From Gammaproteobacteria bacterium (GTDB lineage Bacteria; Pseudomonadota; Gammaproteobacteria; JBCCGL01): a stretch of DNA of 64,000 nucleotides. The notes under the pieces are model-generated. The model searched no databases and was not told where the DNA came from. It was given only the letters and a program-made list of their open reading frames with translations. The first letter of the stretch is position 1. Each line of letters opens with the position of its first letter. The stretch is from NCBI GenBank assembly GCA_965277715.1, contig OZ255836.1:1632001-1696000 (forward strand). The letters are read 5' to 3'. The position numbers were made by a program, and so were the translations under genes. Shown in pieces: positions 10,615 through 20,200 of this stretch.

Positions 10615-13209
10615 TTAATTGGCGCTGGGTAGAATTTGCCCGCGCACTTCACCGGCGGGGTTTGCGGCAGAGTGTACGTTAAAATAGTAATTACCATTGA
10701 GCAAACCCGTTACGCTCATGGCCTGGGCGTTAGCTGGCGCGCTAAAGCTAGCATCAGCGCCGTCCGTCGCGGTGGCGTCGAGGTTGAGCGTAATAATTGG
10801 GTTGCCCGTGGCGCCAAAACGCCCCTGATGGATATGTGCCACAGTTGGCACGAAGCCATTTATATTGGCATTGGCCCTGATGCTTCCCGAGGTTTGTGCC
10901 ACAGTGATATAACCACGACCGGTACTGTTAGGGTTGGCGCCACTCGCCGACGGCACTTCCTGCGAGCGCTCCAAAATCGATCGAATAATCACGGTGTCCG
11001 ACCCAGCGATTTGCCCTCTTACTTCGCCCGGATTGTTATCGTGTACATTGACATAGTAGCGCCCATTAAGCACATCCTGAGTCACAAGTGTCGGCGTATT
11101 CGAGCTCGCCGAAGTAACCGAAAAAGCCGTCCCCAGGGTAGCCCCACGGGTGAGGCTGACATCACTCAGCGCCAACACAACCGCACCGTTACTACCGGCA
11201 AACCCATCGTGAATATGGGCAGCACTGGCGGCGAAACCGTCAACATTGGCGTTGATTACGCTGAAATTGGTTTGCGTGTTGATACTCATGTAGGCGACGC
11301 CACTGGCCGTGGTGGAGTTAACCGGGTTTTCCTGATCACCCTGCAATTCAGAGCGGATAATTTCCACATTACTGCCAGCCAGTTGGCCACGCAGCTCACC
11401 GCCAGAGTTGGCGCTGGAATGCACATTAAAGTAGTAGTTGCCATTGAGTAAACCGGATACACTTTGCGCCATCGCACCGGCCGACGTGACAAAGCTGCCC
11501 GCATTACTACCCGCTTGCAGCGTAATAATAACCGGCCCGTTTTGACCAGCAAAACCGGAGTGAATATGCGCCGCCGTGGGGGTAAAACCACTGGTCGAGA
11601 CGCGTGCGGTAACCGCGCCAGTATTGGAACTGGTATTCACCGTCAGATAGCCAATACCCGTGGCCGCTGAAACTACCGGAGGGTTTTCCTGGCTGCTTTG
11701 CAATTCGCTGCGAATAATCTGAATACCGCTACCCGCCAGTTGACCTCGGACTTCACCGCCGGGATTGCCGCTGGAATGCACATTGAAGTAGTAGTTGCCA
11801 CTGAGCAGTCCAGTCACACTTTGCGCCACCGCGCCAGTCGGGCTAACGAAGCTGCCAGCGCCGGTTCCCGCTTCCAGCGTGATTACGATAGGGCCGTTTT
11901 CACCGGCAAAACCGGAGTGAATGTGCGCCGCCGTGGGAGTAAAACCGCTGGTCGAGACGCGCGCAGTAACCGCGCCAGTATTGGAGCTGGTATTCACCGT
12001 CAGGTAGCCGACACCGCTGGCGGCTGAAACCACCGCCGGATTCTGCTGGCTACTCTGCAATTCGCTGCGAATAACCTGGATATCGCCACCCGCCAGTTGG
12101 CCACGGACTTCACCACTGGGGTTGCCACTGGAATGCACGTTAAAATAGTAGTTGCCACTTAACAACCCCGCGACACTTTGCGCTACTGCGCCCGCTGGGC
12201 TGACGAAGCTGCCAGCGGTAGTGCCAGCATTCAGCGTGATAATGACCGGACCGTTTTCCCCCGCGAACCCCGAGTGAATATGCGCCACAGTAGGAGTAAA
12301 ACCGCTGGTGGAAACGTTGGCGGTAATCGCACCTGTATTGGAACTGGTATTAACCGTTAAATAGCCTCTACCCGTCGCGGAGCTGGTTACGGGGGGATTC
12401 TGTTGAGCGCCTTCAAGGTTGGAAAACAATACTTGTATATTAGCGGGCACAACCTGGCCGCGTAACTGACCTGCGGTGTTGCCGGTGGTGTGCAGGTTAA
12501 TATACGTGCCGCCAGCCAATAGCGATGCCAGCTCAGTGGTGGACAAAGCGGCCCCCGTGCTAAAAACATAGCGTAGCGGGTTGGTGCTATCGACGACTAA
12601 AGGCTCAATAATACCACCGCTGGCACCAGCAAAGGCTGCATGCAGATGTACTCCGGTGATTGACTGTCCACTGTCTAAGCCCGACGCAACCACCTCGCCA
12701 CTGATGGCACCCGAGGTAGTGTCGATCATAATGGTAGCCGTAGCCTGAGCGCCGGTGTTGATAGTCGCATCAAACCCCGTCTCGACCTCTTGATCGGCCG
12801 ATAAGCTAAACGCGATGGTCTGTACACTGCCCGCAGTACTTACCATTGATGACAGTGCCCCCCTGTTCAGGTTGCGAACGGGTAGCGACGACACAGGCAA
12901 GCGAGAAATGGGTAGCGATACGGATAGTGCATTGATCGAGTTGATCAAAGCTTGTATTTCGGCAGCGGTATCGACGTTGAAAGCCTGCCTGGCGGCGATA
13001 GCCGACTGATATTGTAGTTCCCTGTTGGCGACCGCGCCGCTAACACCGGCGATACTGTTCAATAGCGCAACCGAGATAGTGGAGGCATCATTATTCGTTG
13101 CAGCATTTTGCACGGACTGAAGGGAACTCGGGTTGCTGCTGCCGCCACAACCGACAAGGGCCAGGATAACAACAAGAAAAAAGGGGATAAGCTTACTTTG
13201 AGAATACAT
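10615..13209 (-). CDS. Lipoprotein with six CHRD domains
   Basis: Lipobox LVGC; six repeats of L...QE/QNP...AHIH.G..G.NG...YFNVH...GE.RGQ. Confidence 0.85.
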   Translation of the reverse strand: MYSQSKLIPFFLVVILALVGCGGSSNPSSLQSVQNAATNNDASTISVALLNSIAGVSGAVANRELQYQSAIAARQAFNVDTAAEIQALINSINALSVSLPISRLPVSSLPVRNLNRGALSSMVSTAGSVQTIAFSLSADQEVETGFDATINTGAQATATIMIDTTSGAISGEVVASGLDSGQSITGVHLHAAFAGASGGIIEPLVVDSTNPLRYVFSTGAALSTTELASLLAGGTYINLHTTGNTAGQLRGQVVPANIQVLFSNLEGAQQNPPVTSSATGRGYLTVNTSSNTGAITANVSTSGFTPTVAHIHSGFAGENGPVIITLNAGTTAGSFVSPAGAVAQSVAGLLSGNYYFNVHSSGNPSGEVRGQLAGGDIQVIRSELQSSQQNPAVVSAASGVGYLTVNTSSNTGAVTARVSTSGFTPTAAHIHSGFAGENGPIVITLEAGTGAGSFVSPTGAVAQSVTGLLSGNYYFNVHSSGNPGGEVRGQLAGSGIQIIRSELQSSQENPPVVSAATGIGYLTVNTSSNTGAVTARVSTSGFTPTAAHIHSGFAGQNGPVIITLQAGSNAGSFVTSAGAMAQSVSGLLNGNYYFNVHSSANSGGELRGQLAGSNVEIIRSELQGDQENPVNSTTASGVAYMSINTQTNFSVINANVDGFAASAAHIHDGFAGSNGAVVLALSDVSLTRGATLGTAFSVTSASSNTPTLVTQDVLNGRYYVNVHDNNPGEVRGQIAGSDTVIIRSILERSQEVPSASGANPNSTGRGYITVAQTSGSIRANANINGFVPTVAHIHQGRFGATGNPIITLNLDATATDGADASFSAPANAQAMSVTGLLNGNYYFNVHSAANPAGEVRGQILPSAN
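11380..12450. repeat. Three ~357-bp tandem intragenic repeats (CHRD domains 2-4)
   Basis: GTATTGGA.CTGGTATT recurs at 11621, 11978 and 12335. Confidence 0.85.
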
Positions 13210-13577
13210 AGTGTTAATGCTCCAAACCTTATAGTGATAAGTATTCAGCCTCGCTACTCTGGCTGCCGGTTTCTTAACCTGGTATTGATATCACCCTACC
13301 CTTTGGTGGTGCGGGAAGCGGGTATTGCCGTCACATCAGTGCGCTAAGCAGGTCTATCAAGACTGAGGTAGATTCTACCTAGAGACACGCACCACACTCT
13401 GGGGTTCAAAATCACAATCACTTTTGCACGGTAAATTGGCCCACTGTTTTCCTCAATATCGGGTTAGGCTCGGTCGGGTTTGAGCCGGTAGGCGGATTGG
13501 CGGAATTTTCGCACGGCATCAATCCCGCAGACATTCTATCCTGATAAAGAGTATTACAGTATCAGCCAAATCATTCA

Positions 13578-14282
13578 TCAGAGGGTTTGATTCTGACCGA
13601 ATCACAGGTCGCCGCCATGGAGCGAAAGAAAGACGATGATGAGGTTTGTGGTGAAATAGAAACTGCCTATCCAGGGTATCTAGGCTCTCAAGATACGTAT
13701 TACGTTGGCACCTTTAAGGGCATTGGTCGTGTTTATCAACAAACGTTTGTGGATACTTATAGCAAGGTAGCCCATGCCAAACTCTATACGACCAAAACTC
13801 CTATTACCGCAGCGGATATACTCAATGATCAGGTGCTGGCGTTCTACGAAGAACACAGCCTTCCTATGCTGCGAATTATGACCGATAGAGGCACCGAGTA
13901 TTGTGGGCGTGCGGATCAACATGATTATCAGCTTTATATGGCTCTGAATGATATTGAACACACTAAAACCAAGGTCAAGTCACCTCAGACCAACGGTATT
14001 TGCGAACGATTCCACAAGACTATTTTGAACGAGTTTGATCAGATCACTTTGCGTAAAAAAATCTATCAAAGTATGGAGGAACTTCAAGTTGATCTTGACG
14101 AATGGTTAATCAAGTACAATACTCAGCGAACCCACCAAGATAAAGTGTGCTGCGGTAGAACCCCGATGGAAACTCTTATCGACGGTAAATCAATCTGGAA
14201 ACTTAAGTTGTTGAACTAAACTTAAGCTGACAGTCAGTCACTGAAAATTGGGTAACTGTCAGATCAAGTTTGAACTTCTACA
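13578..14282 (+). mobile_element. IS481-family element, 5'-truncated (rve integrase core plus right end)
   Basis: QDTYYVG, TDRGTEYCG, SPQTNGICERFHKT; right end ...TGTCAGATCAAGTTTGAACTTCTACA. Confidence 0.85.
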
Positions 14283-14892
14283 CATGAGACGGCCTATTCG
14301 GCGGCGACTGATACGAACCCTTTCATTGGCAAACAAATGCTTTAAACGCCGGGTACCATAAGTCCCTCGTCCTTGCTCAAAAAAGACGTGCAGACGTTCT
14401 GTCAGCTGTTGATCTTCCTGATGGCGTGCTGTGGTGCATTGTTTTGACCACGCATAATAGCCGCTACTGGAAACCGCCATAAAGCGACAAAGAGGTCGAA
14501 CACCATAGCCGGATTGATGTTGCTGTATCCAGGCGTACTTCACGCTTGTTCCTTGGCAAAGTACGCGGCCGCCTTTTTTAACAGGTCGCGTTCCTCTTTC
14601 AAACGCGCGTTTTCTTTTTTCAACCGTTTGAGTTCATCATATAAGTGCTCATCGCTGTGGCCACTGCCATCCGCTTTCGGTTGGCTATACTTGCTGATCC
14701 AGGTATGCAAAGTATTCTCGTTCACGCCCAGTTCGCGTGCGGTCGCGGCTATAGGCTGGTCGTTTTTCAGGACTAATTTAACCGCTGACTCTCTAAAATC
14801 AGCCGTATAGGATTGCTTCTCTTTCATTTTCGGTTCCTCGCGTAAACTCAGTTTACTTCAAGTGAGGGGTCCGAATTAGTGTAGCCACATCA
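14283..14892 (-). mobile_element. IS3-family element, truncated: orfA 14540-14827 and start of orfB
   Basis: OrfA YTADFRESAVKL...ERDLLKKAAAYF with an A6G frameshift motif; OrfB YGTRRL; left end TGATGTGGCTACAC...CGGAC; orfB is cut at the IS481 end. Confidence 0.85.
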
Positions 14893-15233
14893 ATCAACAC
14901 TTTGAGCTACGCTACTCTGCAAACATCATTATTACTGACTGCAGTGGTGATGCAGCGGAAATTATGTACATGGTCTTGCAATGGCTTAAACAAAATCAGC
15001 CATATCATAAAGAAGATGCGATTCAATTTGAGGTAGATATACTGAGCCAGTCTGCCGTCGATTTATCACTAAAAATAGACCTTTCAGAAATTATAAAAGT
15101 GGACATTAAAGATGAAGGTGTTTATCTAAAAACCTGCGCCGAACCTGATCTTGCTGGAATTCTGATACCCAATAAACTATTAGAAGTGTGCATCCATAGC
15201 CCCGATAGGCCAGCGTCCAATGAGCAAATGTAA
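14893..15233 (+). pseudogene. P2-like phage tail completion protein (gpR) fragment
   Basis: LQWLKQNQP...IQFEVDIL....VDLSLKIDLSE pattern; N-terminus removed at the IS3 end; upstream of gpS and gpV. Confidence 0.7.
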
Positions 15234-15236
15234 TAA

Positions 15237-15584
15237 TCAATGGGACTGGATATATTCATGCAAGGCCGCATTTAAGCGCGTCTGCCAGCCCTTGCCATTT
15301 TCAACACCGGCTTTAAAGAAGCCGATAATTTCCTCATCCAGATACAGAGTTGCCCGTTGCTTGGTTTTATCCTGCTTAGGCCGACCTCGTGGACGCACCT
15401 CCAAGGTGCCTTCACGCTTGGCTTTTTCCCAGGCTGCAACAAATTCGGGGGCTACCTCCTTGGCAGGCCGCATATTTGCCAGTTGTTCATCGGTCATGAA
15501 AGTGCCGTCCTCACTCACCTGTTTATCAATTTCAGCCACTTCTTCAGAAGTAGGCCAAATGGTATTGGGTTTAAGTTTTGGCAT
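15237..15584 (-). CDS. brnA: BrnA antitoxin
   Basis: RGRP...KQRATLYLD.EII.FFK...GWQTRLNAAL. Confidence 0.88.
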   Translation of the reverse strand: MPKLKPNTIWPTSEEVAEIDKQVSEDGTFMTDEQLANMRPAKEVAPEFVAAWEKAKREGTLEVRPRGRPKQDKTKQRATLYLDEEIIGFFKAGVENGKGWQTRLNAALHEYIQSH

Positions 15585-15837
15585 AATGTTTAATCTCCCG
15601 AGGATTGGCTTTGCGCAAACTAATCACACGCAACACATCCCCTCTCAAGGTATAAGTTAAATGATGAAGCCGTTGCCCAATATAGCCTATCGAATTAATA
15701 CGCATCTCGCCGTAATCGGCTCGGTCATCCACTTCAAAAGTCGCGGTTGCAAACTCGAATTGGTACACCTGTTCAAACGACAGACCGCGAGTCTCAACGT
15801 TACGTTGGCTTTTCACTGGGTCATAATCAATCTCCAT
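15571..15837 (-). CDS. brnT: BrnT toxin
   Basis: YDPVKSQRN...RGLSF...DYGEMR...RVISLRKANPRE. Confidence 0.9.
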   Translation of the reverse strand: MEIDYDPVKSQRNVETRGLSFEQVYQFEFATATFEVDDRADYGEMRINSIGYIGQRLHHLTYTLRGDVLRVISLRKANPREIKHYAKT

Positions 15838-16060
15838 ATATTTATTGTATGTATATTAAATCGAATTGGCAAGATTTTTGAGGAAGGCATCAGCAATACA
15901 ATGGGTCTGGTTTGCAAAGCACAGCAGGGCGTTTATGAGAACTTGAAAGACCAAGCGGAGATGCTGCAACGCGGGACGGAAATAACAGAAAAACTTGGCC
16001 CTGGCATACCAGTTTCACCAGAAGTGGCACAAATGGGCAAACCGCTGTCGGAGATGCCTT

Positions 16061-16684
16061 TTGTCGGCTGATAACCTCCATACCTTGGAAGACTGGGCAC
16101 AATCATTAGTGTCCAGTCTGGATGTCAAAGCGCGGCGCAAACTATTGCGCCGCCTGGCAACCGAGCTACGCAAAGCCAACGCCAAACGCATTCGCAATCA
16201 ACAAAATGTGGATGGTGGTCGTTATGAAGCACGAAAGCAGCCCAAAAAAGTCGAAGAGATTCGTTTCAATTATAAAGATAAATCAGGCAACGTCAGTGAG
16301 CGTAAAGTACGCTCAGCGCGTGGCCACAAAACGCATATTATTGGTCATGATTATACCCGTGGTGCGTTCCGTTCTTTCCGGCGTGATCGTATTCTGGAAA
16401 TTTATGCATCACGCACAGTAAGAGCCAAAAAAGCACAACGCATGTTAATGGGTATGGCGCAGCGTAAAATCTTAGGCATCAAAGCCGATGCCAATAACGC
16501 GGATATAGGTTATCAAAAACTCGCTGCCGACATTGGTGATGTTCATCACCACGGTAAAACTGCAAAAGTCAGCAAAAATGGCCCACGGGTCCGTTACCCC
16601 GAACGCCAGCTATTAGGTGTTAGCCAATCCGACCAAAAGGCCCTGCGCGATCTTTTACTCAAACATCTATCAGAAAAAAGTTAA
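16061..16684 (+). CDS. P2-like virion morphogenesis protein (gpS) with an inserted WYL-like segment
   Basis: LEDWA..L...RI..QQN.DG..YE.RK N-part and VHH.G...VRYPERQLLG C-part; TTG start with GGAG RBS. Confidence 0.78.
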   Translation: MSADNLHTLEDWAQSLVSSLDVKARRKLLRRLATELRKANAKRIRNQQNVDGGRYEARKQPKKVEEIRFNYKDKSGNVSERKVRSARGHKTHIIGHDYTRGAFRSFRRDRILEIYASRTVRAKKAQRMLMGMAQRKILGIKADANNADIGYQKLAADIGDVHHHGKTAKVSKNGPRVRYPERQLLGVSQSDQKALRDLLLKHLSEKS

Positions 16685-16745
16685 TTTAGGCAAAAACAAC
16701 TTCTTATAATTAGACGGCATAAGGCGAGTCTATCAACATGCTTGT

Positions 16746-17099
16746 ATGAACTTTGATACCGCCGAACTGTTTCGCCGTTTTGAAAACTTGATACGCATTG
16801 GCACGATTGCCGATGTTGATTATCAGGGTAAACGGCTGCGTGTGAAAAGCGGCGAGCTATTGACCGATTGGCTACCTTGGCCTGCTGAAATCGGCAGAAA
16901 CTTTAAACACTGGCGACCACTGCGAGATAACACACAAGTTGTGTTGGCCTGTCCATCTGGTGACCCAGCACAAGCGCTCATTATCTCCATGCTGTATTCA
17001 AGGAGAACAAAAGAAAAGCAAAAAGGGGTCAAGGCAGTTATTTCCTATATTTCTTGCTGGAAACCACTGTTTTTATCCGTATTAGTCGTTGTATGGTGA
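16746..17099 (+). pseudogene. Phage baseplate assembly protein gpV, N-terminal OB domain only (homology ends near 17000)
   Basis: ENLIRIGTIADVD...RVKSGELLTDWLPW...QVVLACPSGD; unrelated sequence follows. Confidence 0.8.
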
Positions 17100-17132
17100 A
17101 TAATAAGCCTGACCCCAATACCTGACCCCAAT
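17025..17132. repeat. GGGGTCA...TGACCCC inverted-repeat element with a duplicated right end
   Basis: GGGGTCAAGGCAGTTATT at 17025 and AATAATAAGCCTGACCCC near 17099-17116; CCTGACCCCAATA occurs twice in tandem. Confidence 0.6.
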
Positions 17133-17202
17133 ACCGAATGCTGTGCTGCTGCTAAGTACCTCGATCACTTCGGCATTAAAGCTGCTTTCCACTAAATCAT
17201 CC

Positions 17203-20200
17203 TCATTTGACGCCGAAATACAGCATCAGATAACCGACGATCTCCGTTTTGTGCGGTGACAGCTCCGGCAGGTATGCATCCACCGCGTTATGTACCGCTG
17301 TGGTAAACAGCGCCGGTTGATTGGCCTTATCGCGCACAAAGGGTTCCAGGCGTTTAATCAGCTCCCAGTTGCTGCTGATATTGCTGGCCTGCATGGTTTT
17401 TTCCAGCGAAGACGGCGCACTGTCGTTAAACGGCGGTAATACCCGGCTGACAAAGGTAACCCGGTGCAGCACCCGCCAGCAGGCAGGCTTTTTGTCGTCA
17501 TTGCGCGCCTGGCGCAGGGCCATAGCATTGGCGCTGCTGCTTTGCTCCAGCCAGATCGGATCCACTACCTTGTTGTACAGTTCATCAAAGTTATCGCTGC
17601 TGTTATCGAGATAAAAGGTCATAAAGCGATAGGCATCCACCCGACCGTGGACGTTTTGCGGCGTACCATCGACGTTATACTGGCCAGCGCCGCTAGCCGG
17701 ATCGTGGTACTGCATATCACCCGAGGGGTTTACGCTGACATCCAGGCTAAAGGTGCGGGTGGCCTCCTTGCTACGGCTGCGAGTATTGGTAACATTGGCT
17801 TCAATGCCAGCCTTCATCTCAAATTCCATTGCCAGAGGTGACTCAAGTTCTATCTTCATACCACGGCTAAAGCCGCTGGTAAAGCCAATCCCGCCGCTGG
17901 CTGATTCCTGCACTACATCGATGGTTTCGGTGGTCTCTGCGTAAAAGCCGCCGTCAGCCGTCCACACATAGGTATTGGCCAGATTGCGCTGGGCGAATTT
18001 TTTCGCCAACTCAACATTGTTATTCAGCGCGTCTCCCAATCCGTTAAACGTGGTGCCTATACTCATAGCCGCAGCGGCGAGATTAGCCAGAGGACCCAAT
18101 GGCGTAAAATTTAAGGCCGCCAGTCCTGCGGCTCCGCCCATAACACCCCCCATCAGACTGCCGCTGTTCTTGATGGTCTCGGCAAACGGGCCGCTGATCG
18201 GCGAGGCGTCAAAGTTTTCATAATAGCTTTGCAAGCGCTGGCGTTCCTGCTCGATGCGCCGCTTTAAGACATAGGCCTCACTCGGTTTATAGTAGCTGTA
18301 TTCGCCGTAGCTGGCGGCCTGTGGATAATTGCTGTCCAGGCAGACACTGCCGTCGGCTTTATAACCGATTTTGCCATCCAGCGTGCCCTGTTTGATATAG
18401 CGCGGGTTTAACGGAAAACCGAGCAGGTTCCAGTCTCTCGGAATATCCGGGTTGGGCTGGATGCTGTAGGATACCAGCGCGTTATTGTGTTTTAACCGTA
18501 ACGCATAAATATCGGCGGTTTCCGACTGCACCAGCGCGGTACCCATATTGGCGGGATCCCAACGCCGCCCCTGATAATTGTTATGCTGCTTGCTGGTATC
18601 GGGGTCTTCCCAATTGCCGCCCAGAGAGACTTCCAGATCGCGGCTCAGGTTGCGGCCGCTGGAAAACCCCTGTTCCGTGGCCCAGTTGCCAGCCGATTCA
18701 AATTTCATATTGCCTTTCAGTGCAAACTTGCCTTTGAGTTTCAGCGCAATACCAAAACCCAGCGGCGCGATCATAGTGCTAATGTCAAACGCACCGCCCA
18801 TTGCACTGTCCAGCTCCAGCGAACTTTTATACCCGTTTTCACGACCGCTGCTGTAACTGTAGGTGACATCGTCCGCCTGGCTAAAGGTGACCCCGGCACC
18901 ACGGCCTTCGTAGTTCTTGCCGCCAGTGCCAGCGGTGCCGAACGTCATATTTTCACTAGGCACCGGCGGCGGGCCTTCGATAAAGCCGATAATCTGCGGG
19001 TCAAATTGTGCCTGGCCCACCCATTCGCGCACCAGATTGCCCACCTTGTAGCCGGTCACCAACTGCCAGCCCTGATCATCGATATAGCCATAACAGCGTT
19101 TCATCACCCCCAGAAACTGGCCTGCGGCGTCGTACTGCATATCGCCATACTCGGCCACCGTTGGCGCGCTGCCGATCGGGCGGTGAAAAGCGGTTCTCAC
19201 ACCGGCCAGGGCCGAGCGCACCCGCGCGGTGTCACTGCTGATGGGTGCCGAGGACAGGGTTTTGGCTGGCGCATTAGCAGCGCCCAATAACAGATTATTG
19301 GCCTGCAGCCCACTGTCCAGTATCTCGGTGTCAGTCGTGCTGTCAAAGCTGTAACAGGCCAGTAAGTCCTGTTTGTCTTCTTTTAACCGGGTAAAGACAT
19401 TGTCCAGAATCTGTTCCTGAGTGCGTGCCTGCCGCCAGATGCGCACTTCCTCAAGCTCGCCTTTAAAGGCGTCGGCAGCGTTGACGGTGCTGCCACTGCT
19501 GCTGCGTTTGGCGCCCAGGGTAAATTGCGGGTCGCCCCAATCGCCGGTGACCAGGACATCGGTGGCCGCCAGCGCGGTGGTTTGCTGCTCGCTGCCATTG
19601 ACGTATAGGCTAAGGCTGGAGCCTTCCGGGCGCGGATCTTTAATCCATTGCGCACCCTTGATGATCGCGTGGTGACCGCCTTTGCTGTCGGCCGCCAGAT
19701 TGCCCTGGTTTTCCTCCAGTTGCCACCAGGCGACCAGGCCGTAGTCGTCCGCTTTCACTTCCCGGTGCAACTGTTCCTGGCCACGGGCCTGGCTCCATAA
19801 ACGCAGTTCCGTGATCGCACCCTGGAAACAGTCCTGGAAAAGGTCCTTCTTTCCGCTACCGCCAATCTGCACTACAGCCTGGTTTTGTTGCGCAATATTA
19901 GCCGGATCGAATGTTGTAGAGGCTACTTGCACGCCATCAAGATAGATCTCCACTTCCAGCCGCGAGGTCATCATACCCTGGGTAAAGCTGCTCAGGTCGG
20001 TGGGCAGAGCGCTGCCGCCGCGCTGGTTTTCCAATTGCAGTTTGCGGCCTTTTTTGCCCTGCACATAGTCGTCGCGGATGGCATCGTCGATGTTCTCAAT
20101 CTCGCTGCTCGAATAATCGCCACCGGTGGCAATGCCAGTAACGTCATTACTGCCGCTCATACCAGCATTGCCCATGCCGGGCAGGTCGTTACGTTTGCGG

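Noticed and set aside
13210-13570. Structured leader RNA upstream of the CHRD gene
   Set aside because: Only short hairpins are present, with no recognisable family; an Rfam search would be needed.
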